64,000 nt of DNA from assembly GCA_963822805.1 (NCBI GenBank), contig CAWGIV010000002.1:43973-107972 (forward strand). Reading direction: 5' to 3'. Numbering within the stretch: the first letter of the stretch is position 1; each line of letters begins with the position of its first letter. A program made the translations under genes and the position numbers. The stretch comes from an uncultured Actinomycetota bacterium. Lineage in GTDB: Bacteria; Actinomycetota; Actinomycetes; Mycobacteriales; Pseudonocardiaceae. The notes under the pieces are model-generated. The model saw only the letters and a list, made by a program, of their open reading frames with translations. It was not told the origin of the DNA and made no database searches. Below are positions 31,567 to 41,294 of this stretch, piece after piece.

Positions 31567-32548
31567 CGGCGGCGGGCAGCCGCACACCGGACGTCGCGCC
31601 GGGCAGTCTGCCGCGGAGGTAGCCCGCGGTGGTGCAGGCCAGCGCCGCGACCACGGCCGCCGCCGAGGTGCCGTGCCGCTGCCGCAACTCGCGGACGACC
31701 GCGGCGGGAAGCACCTTGGCGACGTAGTCACGCTCGGTGGACAGGGCGTCGTCGGCGCCCACGAGCCTCGCCACCGCCGCCTTCGACAGTCCCTCGGCCC
31801 AGCTGCGGCGCCGCAGGTAGGCCCATTCGACGCGGTCGTGGCTGACCCGATGGTCGACCTCGGCGCGCGGCTCGAACACGATCCGGATCTTCTCGCCCGC
31901 ACGGGCGTAGTCCTGGCGGGCGCGGATGCAGAGCTCCGTCTCCTCGCAGCCCAGCGGGTTCTTCCCGATCCGGCCGATCTCCTCGGCGAACCCGCCGACC
32001 CGCTCGAACACCGCGCGCCGGAACGACATGTTGCTGCCCATGAGGTTGCGCACCTCGGCCTGCCGGGTCGGCTGGCCGGTGTAGGTGCAGCCCACGATCC
32101 AGTCCAGCTCACCGGTGGCGTCACCGTTGTGCGGTTCGGCGCTGGGGAACAGAAACGGGCGACGACCGCCGTTGGGCCACGTGGGCCAGCGCGGATGGGC
32201 CACGCCGCCGACGGCCTGCACCGTGGGGTCGTCGTAGGGCTCCAGGAGCGCGGCGAGCCAGCCGGGGCGGGCGCGGGCGTCGTCGTCGAGAAACACCACG
32301 ACGTCGCCCGTGGCCTCGGCGACCGCGGTGTTGCGGGCGCCGGACAGGCCCTGGACGTGGGCGTTGGCCAGCACCTTCACCCCGGTGAGCTCGGCCTGGG
32401 CGCGGGCCAGCAGCGCAGGGTTGTGGTCGACGACGACCAGCGTCTCGACCGGCGTCACCTCCTGCGCCGCGACGGACTGCACCGCCGCCACGATGTCGTC
32501 CCAGCGCTTCTCGGTGTAGACGCAGACGACGACGGTGGCGGCGGTCAC
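31559..32548 (-). CDS. glycosyltransferase family 2
   Basis: GLSGARN, FLDDDA, GCEETELC. Confidence 0.9.
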   Translation of the reverse strand: MTAATVVVCVYTEKRWDDIVAAVQSVAAQEVTPVETLVVVDHNPALLARAQAELTGVKVLANAHVQGLSGARNTAVAEATGDVVVFLDDDARARPGWLAALLEPYDDPTVQAVGGVAHPRWPTWPNGGRRPFLFPSAEPHNGDATGELDWIVGCTYTGQPTRQAEVRNLMGSNMSFRRAVFERVGGFAEEIGRIGKNPLGCEETELCIRARQDYARAGEKIRIVFEPRAEVDHRVSHDRVEWAYLRRRSWAEGLSKAAVARLVGADDALSTERDYVAKVLPAAVVRELRQRHGTSAAAVVAALACTTAGYLRGRLPGATSGVRLPAAGG

Positions 32549-32561
32549 AGGATCTCCGGGG

Positions 32562-33362
32562 TCAGCGGGGGCGGGCGAGCATTCGGCGGTGCTCCGCGAT
32601 CAGGGTACGGAGCACGCGGGCGCCGTCGGCGAAGGTCCGGAGGTTGGTCTCGCCGAACATGCGCTGCCGCTCGACGGACGGCACCTCCGTAATCTGCAGG
32701 GCCGCCGCGGCCATCCGGCAGTTGAGCACCGTCTCGATCTCGAAGCCGTCGCCCCACAGCATGCCCTCCGTGGGCGCGGGCGCTTCGATCGGGGGCAGGT
32801 CGAGCAGCGGGAGAAGGTCGGCCCAGAAGGCGTTGTAGCCGTAGCAGAGGTCCGAGTACGACGTGCCGAACAGTGTGTTCGCGACGCCGTTGAGGCCCGC
32901 GTTGCCGGAGCGGCGCAGCAGGGTGATGTCGTCGCTGCCGCCGCCGGGGGCGAACCGGCTGCCCTTGGCGAAGTCGGCCCCTGCGACCAGCGCCGACACG
33001 AACGCGGGGATCTCGGCCGGGTCGGCGGAACCGTCGGCGTCGAACATCACGATGACGTCACCGGTGGCCGCGGCGAACCCGCACGCCATCGCGTTGCCCT
33101 TGCCCTTGCGGGTCTGGGTGATCGCCTTGACGGACGGAAGCACGCGGCGTGCGACGTCGATCGAGCCGTCGGTCGAGTGCCCGTCGACCACGATGATCTC
33201 GTGGACGGCCGGGCGCACCGCCGCGATGGCGGGAAGCACGATCTCGAGGTTCTTCGCCTCATTCCGCGTCGGGACGACGACGCTGACCTGCGGGAACGGG
33301 GTGCGGTTGCGCTGGGTCCTCGATGCGGGCGCGATCTGACGGGCGGGTGATACGGCGCTCAC
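32562..33362 (-). CDS. glycosyltransferase family 2 (polyprenol-P-sugar synthase-like)
   Basis: VVVPTRNE, VDGHSTDGS, GKGNA, FDADGS, GFEIET; GGAGG SD before GTG. Confidence 0.9.
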   Translation of the reverse strand: MSAVSPARQIAPASRTQRNRTPFPQVSVVVPTRNEAKNLEIVLPAIAAVRPAVHEIIVVDGHSTDGSIDVARRVLPSVKAITQTRKGKGNAMACGFAAATGDVIVMFDADGSADPAEIPAFVSALVAGADFAKGSRFAPGGGSDDITLLRRSGNAGLNGVANTLFGTSYSDLCYGYNAFWADLLPLLDLPPIEAPAPTEGMLWGDGFEIETVLNCRMAAAALQITEVPSVERQRMFGETNLRTFADGARVLRTLIAEHRRMLARPR

Positions 33363-34150
33363 ACATCCTCCATGGGGATCCGCACTACCGGTCAACGACG
33401 GTGTCGCCGGTCGGTTACGGGCGTTCGGTTGCGCCACATTCACTTAGACGTCCGTGACGACGAGGGGTTGCCTCGGCGCGGCAATACACCGCTCATGTGT
33501 CGTGATCGGACCGTGATCTTCTGTGGTGCCGGTACTCCGGGCCGAGGCGTCCGACCTGGGCAGAGTCCGGGGGCAGGACACCGGCTCACCGCGCCGAGCT
33601 GGGGCGTGTCGGGCGCCACCCGCGACGGTATGGGTGTCGGGCTGCTGGCGCTGCGGCGGCCGAGGCGGGGTCGCTGCCTCGCACGGCGACGGCGGAGCGC
33701 TCGGGCGGCCGGTCGACGCCGTGGGGTCCGCCCTCGCCCGCGCGCCCAGCGTTACCCAAGCGGACGGCCGAGATCGACGTGAGCGGGATTCCGTCGCGGC
33801 GAAACCCCGCCCATGTCGATCTCGGCGCGCCGTCGACACCCCGCGGATCAGCCGCACATGATCCGGCCGAGCCGATCGAGACGGCCGGCGAGTGCCCTCC
33901 CGTCGGCGCCGGGCTCGTCCTCCTGGCCACGGGCATCCGACACGCCAAGCTGGTGGCCGAAGCGGAGAAGGTGCGGCCGTCCGGGTGATCGGCGTTTGCA
34001 CCTGCAAAGCGTTCTTCCGCGCAGGCCCGGGTGGACCTTCGGGGCCGGCACAGTCGCGGACAGGACGATGACGCGGTGCACGCGGTGGTGCGGGGGCCCA
34101 CCACCGGCACCGAGTGCGCCGGACGAGACCCGCGGGAGGAGGCGCCGACC

Positions 34151-34933
34151 ATGCCGGATCGCTACGCCGAGGCCGTCCGCGCCCGCCGGGCGGAGCTGCG
34201 TGCCGAGCAGGGCCCGCTCGCGGGCACGCATCGGGCGGAGTTGCGTGCCGAGCTGGGGTTGGCGCGCATCGTCGCCGCCGACGCGGCCGCCGCGGCGTTC
34301 ACCGACCTCGCCCGGGAGGTCCGTGCGCACACCGCGCACCCGGATCGCGCGGTCCCACGCGCGTTGCCCGCCTGTCTGCCCGCTGCGCTGGATGCCCTTG
34401 CCGCGCGGGTCCGCACTGCCATCCTGGCGCAGCTCGCGCCTGCGCTGCGCCGCATCGCCACGGCGCGGCGGCTTGACCTCGGCCCGGGGTGGCCCGCCCG
34501 CCCGCCGCTTCGTCGTCCGCTGCTGGACGCGGCGCCCGCCGCGCCGGTGCGTGCGCCGCGGCTGGCGGGCGCGGCCGAGGGGCTCGCGGTCTGGCGGGTC
34601 GCGCTCCTGGTGCTGGCGGCGATGCCGCTGGTCGGGCTGCCGGTATGGGGCGGCCCGGCGCTCGCGCCGGTTGCCGTCGGGGTTGGTGCCGCGGCTGTTG
34701 TTGTTGCCGTGCTCGCCCGGCGGGGCGGCGCCGAGCGAGCCCTGCTGCGGCGCCAGATCGACGCGATGCTCGCGCAGGCGCGCGCCGCCCTGCGGGTGGA
34801 CATCGAGCGCATGCTGCTGGAGCTGGAGCGCTCCGCGGCCGCCGAGCTCGACGCGGCGGTGGAGCGCCGCCGCACAGCCGTCGAGGCCGAGCTGCTCGCG
34901 CTGGCCGGGCCGCAGGCAGTGATCCGTGCTTGA
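34151..34933 (+). CDS. hypothetical helical protein with central TM hairpin
   Basis: GGAGG SD before ATG 34151; Ala/Arg-rich helices flank two hydrophobic segments. Confidence 0.6.
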   Translation: MPDRYAEAVRARRAELRAEQGPLAGTHRAELRAELGLARIVAADAAAAAFTDLAREVRAHTAHPDRAVPRALPACLPAALDALAARVRTAILAQLAPALRRIATARRLDLGPGWPARPPLRRPLLDAAPAAPVRAPRLAGAAEGLAVWRVALLVLAAMPLVGLPVWGGPALAPVAVGVGAAAVVVAVLARRGGAERALLRRQIDAMLAQARAALRVDIERMLLELERSAAAELDAAVERRRTAVEAELLALAGPQAVIRA

Positions 34934-35135
34934 GCCGCGCGACGTGCCGGACCTCGACACGGTCCCGTGCGTCCTCGACACCGATGGCGATGGCCGTTTC
35001 GACACCAGCCTGATCGACGACGGCGTGGACCTGATCTTCGGCACCGACCTGGACGGCGACGGCATCGTGGACCAGGTCCTACGGCTCGGGCCTGACGGCG
35101 TGATCCGGGTGGAGATGCTCGATGACCTGACGTGA
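34926..35135 (+). CDS. small acidic protein with two DxDGDG motifs
   Basis: DTDGDGRFD and DLDGDGIVD; overlaps the upstream stop. Confidence 0.6.
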   Translation: MLEPRDVPDLDTVPCVLDTDGDGRFDTSLIDDGVDLIFGTDLDGDGIVDQVLRLGPDGVIRVEMLDDLT

Positions 35136-35142
35136 CCTTCGG

Positions 35143-35304
35143 GCCCGCCGCGCCACCCGGCCCGCCGCGCCACCCGGCCCGCCGCGCCACCCGGGCCGCC
35201 GCGCCGTCGGGGCCGCCGCGCCGTCGGGGCCGCCGCGCCGCCGGGTCTGCCGCGCCCGCCGCGCCACCCGACCCGCCGCTACCCAGCCCGCCGCGCCACC
35301 CCGG
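35143..35304. repeat. degenerate 17-bp GC-rich tandem repeat
   Basis: cccgccgcgccacccgg-type units, about 9 copies. Confidence 0.75.
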
Positions 35305-35375
35305 ATCACCATCGGCGGCCGCGACGTAGATCGCGTCGCCCGAGGGCGCAACCCCGGCCGCTAGAGTTGCTCCCC

Positions 35376-36884
35376 ATGCTCGACCGCGTCGACCCGCAGT
35401 TCCGGGCGCTGCCGCTGGCCGCCATCGCCGACGCCGCGCTCGACCGCGCCCGCAGCCGCGGCGCTCAGCACGCCGACGTGCGCGTCGAGCGGATCCTCAC
35501 CCAGACGATCTCGCTGCGCGACGGCGCGGTCACCGGCGTCGTCGACGAGACGGTGGTCGGGCTGGCCGTCCGGGTGCTCGTCGACGGTGTCTGGGGCTTC
35601 GCCTCCCACGGCGACCTCACCCGGGAGCGGGCCGCGGCCACCGCCGAGCAGGCCGTCCAGGTCGCCCGCACCCTCGCCCCCGTCGCGCGAGAGCGGGTCG
35701 AGCGGGCCGACGAGCCCGTCCACGCCGACGCCGCATGGGTCTCCGCTTACGCGCTCGACCCGTTCGACGTGCCCACCCGCGACAAGGTTGCCCTGCTCAC
35801 CGAGTGGTCCCACCGCCTGCTGGCCTCCGACGGCGTCGACCACGTCCAGACCGGCGTCGCCCAGATCCGCGAGTGCAAGTTCTACGCCGACCTCGCGGGC
35901 ACCTCAACGATCCAGCAGCGCATCCGGATCGCGCCGACCGTCACCGCGACCGCCGTCGACCGAGCCGAGGGTGGCTTCGAGACCATGGACTCGCTCGCCG
36001 CACCGGCGGGCCGCGGCTGGGAGTACCTCACCGGCGACGGGTGGGACTTCGACGCCGAGCTCGCCACGATCCCAGAGCTGCTCGCCGAGAAGGTGAAGGC
36101 ACCCAGCGTCGCCGCGGGTCCGTACGACCTGGTTATCGACCCGTCCAACCTGTGGCTCACCATCCACGAGTCGGTCGGCCACGCCACCGAGTACGACCGC
36201 GCCATCGGCTATGAGGCGGCCTACGCAGGCACCAGCTTCGCCACCCCCGACAAGCTCGGCGTGCTGCGGTACGGCTCGGATCTCATGCACGTCACCGGCG
36301 ACCGCACCGTCGAGCACGGTCTCGCGACCGTCGGCTTCGACGACGACGGCGTCGCAACCACCGAGTGGGACCTCGTGCGCGACGGCGTGTTCGTCGGCTA
36401 CCAGCTCGACCGCACCTTCGCCCCACGCCTCGGCCTCACCCGCTCCAACGGGTGCGCCTTCGCCGACTCCCCCCACCACGTGCCGATCCAGCGCATGGCC
36501 AACGTCTCACTCCAGCCCGACCCGGCCCGCGACACCACCACGGACGAGCTCATCGCGGGCGTCGAGCGGGGCATCTACGTCGTCGGCGACAAGTCCTGGT
36601 CGATCGACATGCAGCGCTACAACTTCCAGTTCACCGGCCAGCGGTTCTTCCGGATCGACAACGGCGCGCTCGCGGGCCAGCTGCGCGATGTCGCCTACCA
36701 GGCCACCACCACGGACTTCTGGGGCTCGCTCGACGGCGTCGGCGGCGCATCGACCTGGGTGCTGGGCGGGGCGATGAACTGCGGAAAGGGCCAACCGGGG
36801 CAGGTCGCGGCGGTGAGCCACGGGTGCCCGTCGGCGCGCTTCCGCGGGGTCAACGTGCTCAACACGCGGGAGGAGGGCCGGTGA
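35376..36884 (+). CDS. tldD: TldD metalloprotease
   Basis: HESVGHATE zinc motif and NCGKGQP. Confidence 0.92.
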   Translation: MLDRVDPQFRALPLAAIADAALDRARSRGAQHADVRVERILTQTISLRDGAVTGVVDETVVGLAVRVLVDGVWGFASHGDLTRERAAATAEQAVQVARTLAPVARERVERADEPVHADAAWVSAYALDPFDVPTRDKVALLTEWSHRLLASDGVDHVQTGVAQIRECKFYADLAGTSTIQQRIRIAPTVTATAVDRAEGGFETMDSLAAPAGRGWEYLTGDGWDFDAELATIPELLAEKVKAPSVAAGPYDLVIDPSNLWLTIHESVGHATEYDRAIGYEAAYAGTSFATPDKLGVLRYGSDLMHVTGDRTVEHGLATVGFDDDGVATTEWDLVRDGVFVGYQLDRTFAPRLGLTRSNGCAFADSPHHVPIQRMANVSLQPDPARDTTTDELIAGVERGIYVVGDKSWSIDMQRYNFQFTGQRFFRIDNGALAGQLRDVAYQATTTDFWGSLDGVGGASTWVLGGAMNCGKGQPGQVAAVSHGCPSARFRGVNVLNTREEGR

Positions 36885-38245
36885 CGCCGCAGGAGATCGT
36901 CGAGCGCGCACTCGCCGCCGGGAAGCACCTGCACGGATGCGCGGTGCTCGTCCGCAAGACCAGCGAGGCCGTGCTGCGCTGGGCCAACTCGACCATGACG
37001 ACCAACGGCCACAGCACCGCCATGCACGTCACGGTGATGGCGTTCGTCGCGGTCGAAGGCGGCGTGGCGGCGGGCGTCGTGGGCACGGCGGCCTTGACCG
37101 ATCCCGCCGAGCTCGTCGTCGCCGCTGAAGCCGCCGCCCGCGCCGCCGGACCCGCCGACGACGCCGCCCCGCTCCCCGAACCGACCGTCGACGACCCGGC
37201 CTGGGCCGACCCCGCCCACGGCACCGGCATCGGCGTCTTCGAGAAGCTCGCGGGCGACCTCGGCGCCGTGTTCGACGGCCCGCAGCGGCACTACGGCTTC
37301 GCCAGCCACGAAATCGCAACGACCTGGCTCGGCACCTCCACCGGCGTCCGCCGCCGCTGGGTGCAGCCCACCGGGTCGCTCGAGCTGAACGTCAAGACCC
37401 CCGACCTGGCCTCGTCCGCGTGGGCGGGCGCGTCGACCGCCGACTTCACCGACGTCGACGCCGCCGCACTCGCCGACACCGCCGCGCGCAGGCTCACCTG
37501 GGGCACCCGCCGCATCACCCTCCCCACGGGCCGCTACGACACGCTGCTGCCGCCGTCCGCAGTGGCCGATCTCATGATCTTCCTGGCCTGGTCGATGGAC
37601 GGCCGGGCGGCGCAGGAGGGGCGCAGCGCGCTCTCCGGACCCGACGGACTGCGCGTCGGCGAGCGACTCACCACCCTGCCGCTCACCCTGGCCTGCGACC
37701 CGGCCGCGCCCGGTCTGGAGTACGCGCCGTTCCTCACCACCACCCGCTCCGACGAGGGCATCAGCGTCTTCGACAACGGCGTACCCACCCGTCGCGTCGA
37801 CTGGGTGCGTGAGGGCGTCATCACAGAACTCGCCTACTCCCGCGCTGAAGCGGCCGAATTCGGTACACGGTTCACACCGCCGGGCGACAACCTGCTGCTC
37901 ACGGGGGGTACGGACGGCTCGCTCGACGACCTCGTCGCCGCCACCGACCGCGGCCTCCTGCTCACCTGCCTCTGGTACATTCGACTCGTCGACCCCACGA
38001 CGCTGCTGCTCACCGGGCTCACCCGCGACGGCGTCTACCTGGTCGAACACGGTGAGGTCGTCGCCGAAGTCGACCACAACTTCCGGTTCAACTACTCCCC
38101 GCTCGATGTACTGCGCCGCGCCACCCGGGTCGGCGCAACAGAGCGCACGCTCCCACGGGAGTGGAAGGACTGGTTCACGCGGGCGGCCATGCCCCCGGTG
38201 CGAGTGCCCGAGTTCTTCATGTCGTCGGTGTCGCTAGGCCGCTGA
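36881..38245 (+). CDS. TldE/PmbA-like partner subunit
   Basis: [25 protein letters not shown]; GTGA overlap with tldD. Confidence 0.88.
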   Translation: MTPQEIVERALAAGKHLHGCAVLVRKTSEAVLRWANSTMTTNGHSTAMHVTVMAFVAVEGGVAAGVVGTAALTDPAELVVAAEAAARAAGPADDAAPLPEPTVDDPAWADPAHGTGIGVFEKLAGDLGAVFDGPQRHYGFASHEIATTWLGTSTGVRRRWVQPTGSLELNVKTPDLASSAWAGASTADFTDVDAAALADTAARRLTWGTRRITLPTGRYDTLLPPSAVADLMIFLAWSMDGRAAQEGRSALSGPDGLRVGERLTTLPLTLACDPAAPGLEYAPFLTTTRSDEGISVFDNGVPTRRVDWVREGVITELAYSRAEAAEFGTRFTPPGDNLLLTGGTDGSLDDLVAATDRGLLLTCLWYIRLVDPTTLLLTGLTRDGVYLVEHGEVVAEVDHNFRFNYSPLDVLRRATRVGATERTLPREWKDWFTRAAMPPVRVPEFFMSSVSLGR

Positions 38246-38454
38246 CCGGAGCTTGCGGAGCGAACATAAGCGCTGAGGGCCCGCCGTTCGCCGAGATTCA
38301 CCCATCCGCCCGCTCGCCGGTGTCTGACGTTCGGCTGCCGCGGAGCCACCGTCCGTCGCACTACGGCGTGGCGGTCCGTACCTCGACCGCGTACATGCCG
38401 TTCACTGGACGTGCGCAACGACGCGCGGTTCTTATGAGAAGAAGGAGCCCAACC

Positions 38455-38748
38455 GTGTCGTTCGACGTGGTGAGTGCTTACACCCTGCTCGTCGGTGACG
38501 GCGAGGGTCCGCCCAGCGTCAGCGTCCACAACACCGCGGACGAGGCCTGGCGGGCACTGGACAAGGAGGTTCGCAGCCGCTGCTGGATGCGCCCGCGCCC
38601 GCGGCGGAAGATGGATGCCGAGGCGGCCACCCGACTGGCCAACGCCTGGCGTGCGGGCGACCCCGAGAAACGCTACTGGAACGTGACGGTGCACCGGCTG
38701 CCGGTCCCGCTCCCCGTGATCGCCCGCCCCGCCGCCGCAGCAAGGTGA
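38455..38748 (+). CDS. hypothetical protein
   Basis: GAAGGAG SD before GTG; plausible codon use; 97 aa. Confidence 0.55.
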   Translation: MSFDVVSAYTLLVGDGEGPPSVSVHNTADEAWRALDKEVRSRCWMRPRPRRKMDAEAATRLANAWRAGDPEKRYWNVTVHRLPVPLPVIARPAAAAR

Positions 38749-38810
38749 ATCCCGGCACGGCGAGTCGTCGATTCCGGCACGGCGAGTCGTGCATCTGACC
38801 ACGGCGAGTT
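38749..38810. repeat. 22-bp repeat array, about 3 copies, inverted relative to the 40438 array
   Basis: cacggcgagt recurs with 22-bp spacing. Confidence 0.8.
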
Positions 38811-38837
38811 GGCCGAGCATGCAGCAGCCGCAATGGA

Positions 38838-40304
38838 TCAGCGGAACGCCGCGATCACCTGCGCCATGCGGGTGAGCGGCTCGGCGTCGGCCAGATCCAC
38901 CAGCCGAACGGCCACCTCCCCGACCCCGACCTCCGCCAACTCGCGAAACCGCCCGATCTGGTCGTCGACAGTGCCCGCGTGCACCATCGCTGCCCACCGC
39001 GCCGGATCCGCACCACGCGGGCGATGCCGCGCGACCAGCGCGTCGAGCTCGGTGGGATCCCGCGCCACCAATGCCGTGGTCAGATGCGACAGCGCTACCT
39101 CCCGCCCCGACTTCGCGCAGTGTGCGCGCAGCACGGCGGCCTTGCGCGCGACGCTCGGCAGATCGCCCAGCACATTGGCCGCATCGGCGTAGTGCGCGGC
39201 GAGGGCCAGCGTCCTCCGCTCGCCCCCGCCGCCGAGCAGGATCGGCACCCGCTCCTGCAGCGGGCGGGGGTAGGCCGCGGTGTCGGGCAGGTCCAGCACC
39301 CGGCCGCGGAACGGCTTGCCGCCCGGTCCCCAGAGCACCGGCAACGCCGCGAGCGCGTCCTCCAGCAGGGCGTACCGCTCCCCGATCGGTGGGAACGGCC
39401 ACCCGTAGGCCTTGTGCTCCGCGGCGAACCAGCCCAGCCCGAGTCCGCACACCGCCCGGCCGCCAGACAACACGTCCAGGGTGGCGATGATCTTCGCGAG
39501 GTGTCCGACGTTGCGGTACGTCACGCCCGCAACGAGTGCGCCCAGCCGCACCCGCGACGTGCACGCCGCCAACCATGCGAGCGTGGTGAAGCTCTCCAGG
39601 AAGTCGTCCCACGCGCGTCCGACCTGGGGAATCTGGCGGAAGTGGTCCATCGTGTAGATCGCGTCGAAGCCCGCGGCCTCCGCTGCGGTGGCGATGTCGC
39701 GCAGCCGGCGTGCGAGGGTCGCCGCGCCGCCGGGGAACGCCGAGAGGTGCAGCGCGAACCGCAGTCCGACGGGTTCGGCCCGCTGCCGGTCCGCAGCCGC
39801 GTCGGAGCGGGCGAACGCCTCCGGCACCACCCGCACCGGCTCGGGCCGAAGGACCTGGTCGAAACCCTCGCCGTCAAGCGCGTCGCGGACCGCGGGCCAG
39901 GCGCGGAGCTGGGACGTCAGTGCGGCGGCGGGCACGGGGTGGGGCCGGTCGCGATTGCGGGCGCGGCATACGGAGGCGGCCGTGTCGACGGCGACCGCGA
40001 CGCACGCCATCCCACGCTCCCGCGCGAGCGTCCGCCATCGGGCGCGGCGATCGGCGTCCATCCCGGTCGTGTCGACGACCGTGGTCAGCCCGCGTGCCAC
40101 CCGCCGGGCGACGATCTGGTCGAGCAGCGCGAACGCATCCGTGCTTGCCGCGATGTCGTCCTCACCCGCGCCGACGACGCCTCGCAGCGCGTCCGACGAG
40201 ACGATGGCCGTCGGCGGGAAGTGGGTAGCCGCCCAGGTCGACTTGCCCGAAGCGACGGGGCCTGCCAGCACCACGAGGCATGGCGAGGGAAGCAGCAGCG
40301 TCAC
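38838..40304 (-). CDS. P-loop kinase (AAA_33/Pnkp-like) fused to LLM-class (probably F420-dependent) oxidoreductase
   Basis: N-terminal GPVASGKS...SSDALR...TVVDTT; C-terminal MDHFRQIP, GVTYRN, TLDVLSGGRA. Confidence 0.85.
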   Translation of the reverse strand: MTLLLPSPCLVVLAGPVASGKSTWAATHFPPTAIVSSDALRGVVGAGEDDIAASTDAFALLDQIVARRVARGLTTVVDTTGMDADRRARWRTLARERGMACVAVAVDTAASVCRARNRDRPHPVPAAALTSQLRAWPAVRDALDGEGFDQVLRPEPVRVVPEAFARSDAAADRQRAEPVGLRFALHLSAFPGGAATLARRLRDIATAAEAAGFDAIYTMDHFRQIPQVGRAWDDFLESFTTLAWLAACTSRVRLGALVAGVTYRNVGHLAKIIATLDVLSGGRAVCGLGLGWFAAEHKAYGWPFPPIGERYALLEDALAALPVLWGPGGKPFRGRVLDLPDTAAYPRPLQERVPILLGGGGERRTLALAAHYADAANVLGDLPSVARKAAVLRAHCAKSGREVALSHLTTALVARDPTELDALVARHRPRGADPARWAAMVHAGTVDDQIGRFRELAEVGVGEVAVRLVDLADAEPLTRMAQVIAAFR

Positions 40305-40437
40305 GACGCGCAGCCTCGCGTAGGGCCGTTGGTCGCCGCCACCGCCACGTCTGCCGGACTGGACGCGGTTGGCCACCCGCCGTGCTCCAAGCACCACGGC
40401 GGCCACATGCGGGCGCCACCCCGTGTCCGGATCCCGA

Positions 40438-40532
40438 ACTCGCCGTGCCGGGATCGACGACTCGCCGTGCCGGGATCGACGACTCGCCGTGCCGGGATCG
40501 ACGACTCGCCGTGCCGGGATCGACGACTCGCC
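40438..40532. repeat. perfect 22-bp tandem repeat, 4.3 copies
   Basis: (actcgccgtgccgggatcgacg) x4 plus actcgcc. Confidence 0.95.
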
Positions 40533-40549
40533 CGGGGTGGGGGGCGGGC

Positions 40550-40963
40550 TTACTCCTGCGGGGTCACCGGGCGGGGGTCGACGCCGCGCTCCGCCAGCTT
40601 CTCCGTGACGTGCTCGCTGATCTCGGCGGCCTTCCGCCGCTCCCGCACGCGGATGAGCACCAGCATGGAGATCCCATACGCGATGCCCAGGACCAGGAGC
40701 ACGATCCCCAGCCGCAGGACGAAGCTCTGGAGCGGCTGGTCCTGCAGGTTGCCGATGTCGACGATCGAGATGATCGCCAACACGCCGAGCGTGATGAGGT
40801 GGAACAGCACCGACAGCAGCAGGTTCACCGACCGGGTGACGGCCTTGTCGCGGAACACGTCGGACAGGAACGGCTCGCCCGCTCTGACGAGCAGCCGCCC
40901 GACCAGAAAGGTCAGGATGACCGCCACGACGAGCAGCGCGACGTACTGGCCGGTCCCGCTCAT
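40550..40963 (-). CDS. membrane protein with three TM segments
   Basis: GEPFLSDVF..SVNLLL..FHL motif; GGAGG SD. Confidence 0.8.
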   Translation of the reverse strand: MSGTGQYVALLVVAVILTFLVGRLLVRAGEPFLSDVFRDKAVTRSVNLLLSVLFHLITLGVLAIISIVDIGNLQDQPLQSFVLRLGIVLLVLGIAYGISMLVLIRVRERRKAAEISEHVTEKLAERGVDPRPVTPQE

Positions 40964-41128
40964 GGTGGGCCTCCCGAGACTCTGCTGTTGACCGCGACGC
41001 TACGCGCGACCGGGCGAACCCGACAACGGCAGCGAGGTCGCCCGGTCGTACGGCAACCGGGCCACTGACGGCTACCCGTTCCCGGCCGGTAGCACACCCG
41101 TCACGCCGGCTGGCCCACAAAGCGTTGG

Positions 41129-41140
41129 GAAAACGTTTCC
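41129..41140. promoter_or_regulatory. possible LacI-type operator upstream of pckG
   Basis: GAAAACGTTTCC fits GnAAnCGnTTnC in an AT-rich patch. Confidence 0.3.
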
Positions 41141-41294
41141 GCCGCACTGAATCGATTACCTGATCGGTCCTGTGAGTGGGACGACAGCTCGCTCGGGTTT
41201 GTCCCCGGTACCGTCGGGAATACCAAAATCCCAGTGACACACCCGCACCGTTGCCGGGGCGGGTGTGTTGCGTTATTCCCAGAAGAAGGGCGCC

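Noticed and set aside
35376-38245. TldD/E as evidence of a microcin cluster
   Set aside because: Common housekeeping pair, with no YcaO or convincing precursor nearby.
40438-40532. Possible CRISPR array (also 11796-11889 and 19942-20045)
   Set aside because: Units are contiguous without unique spacers, and there are no cas genes in the window.
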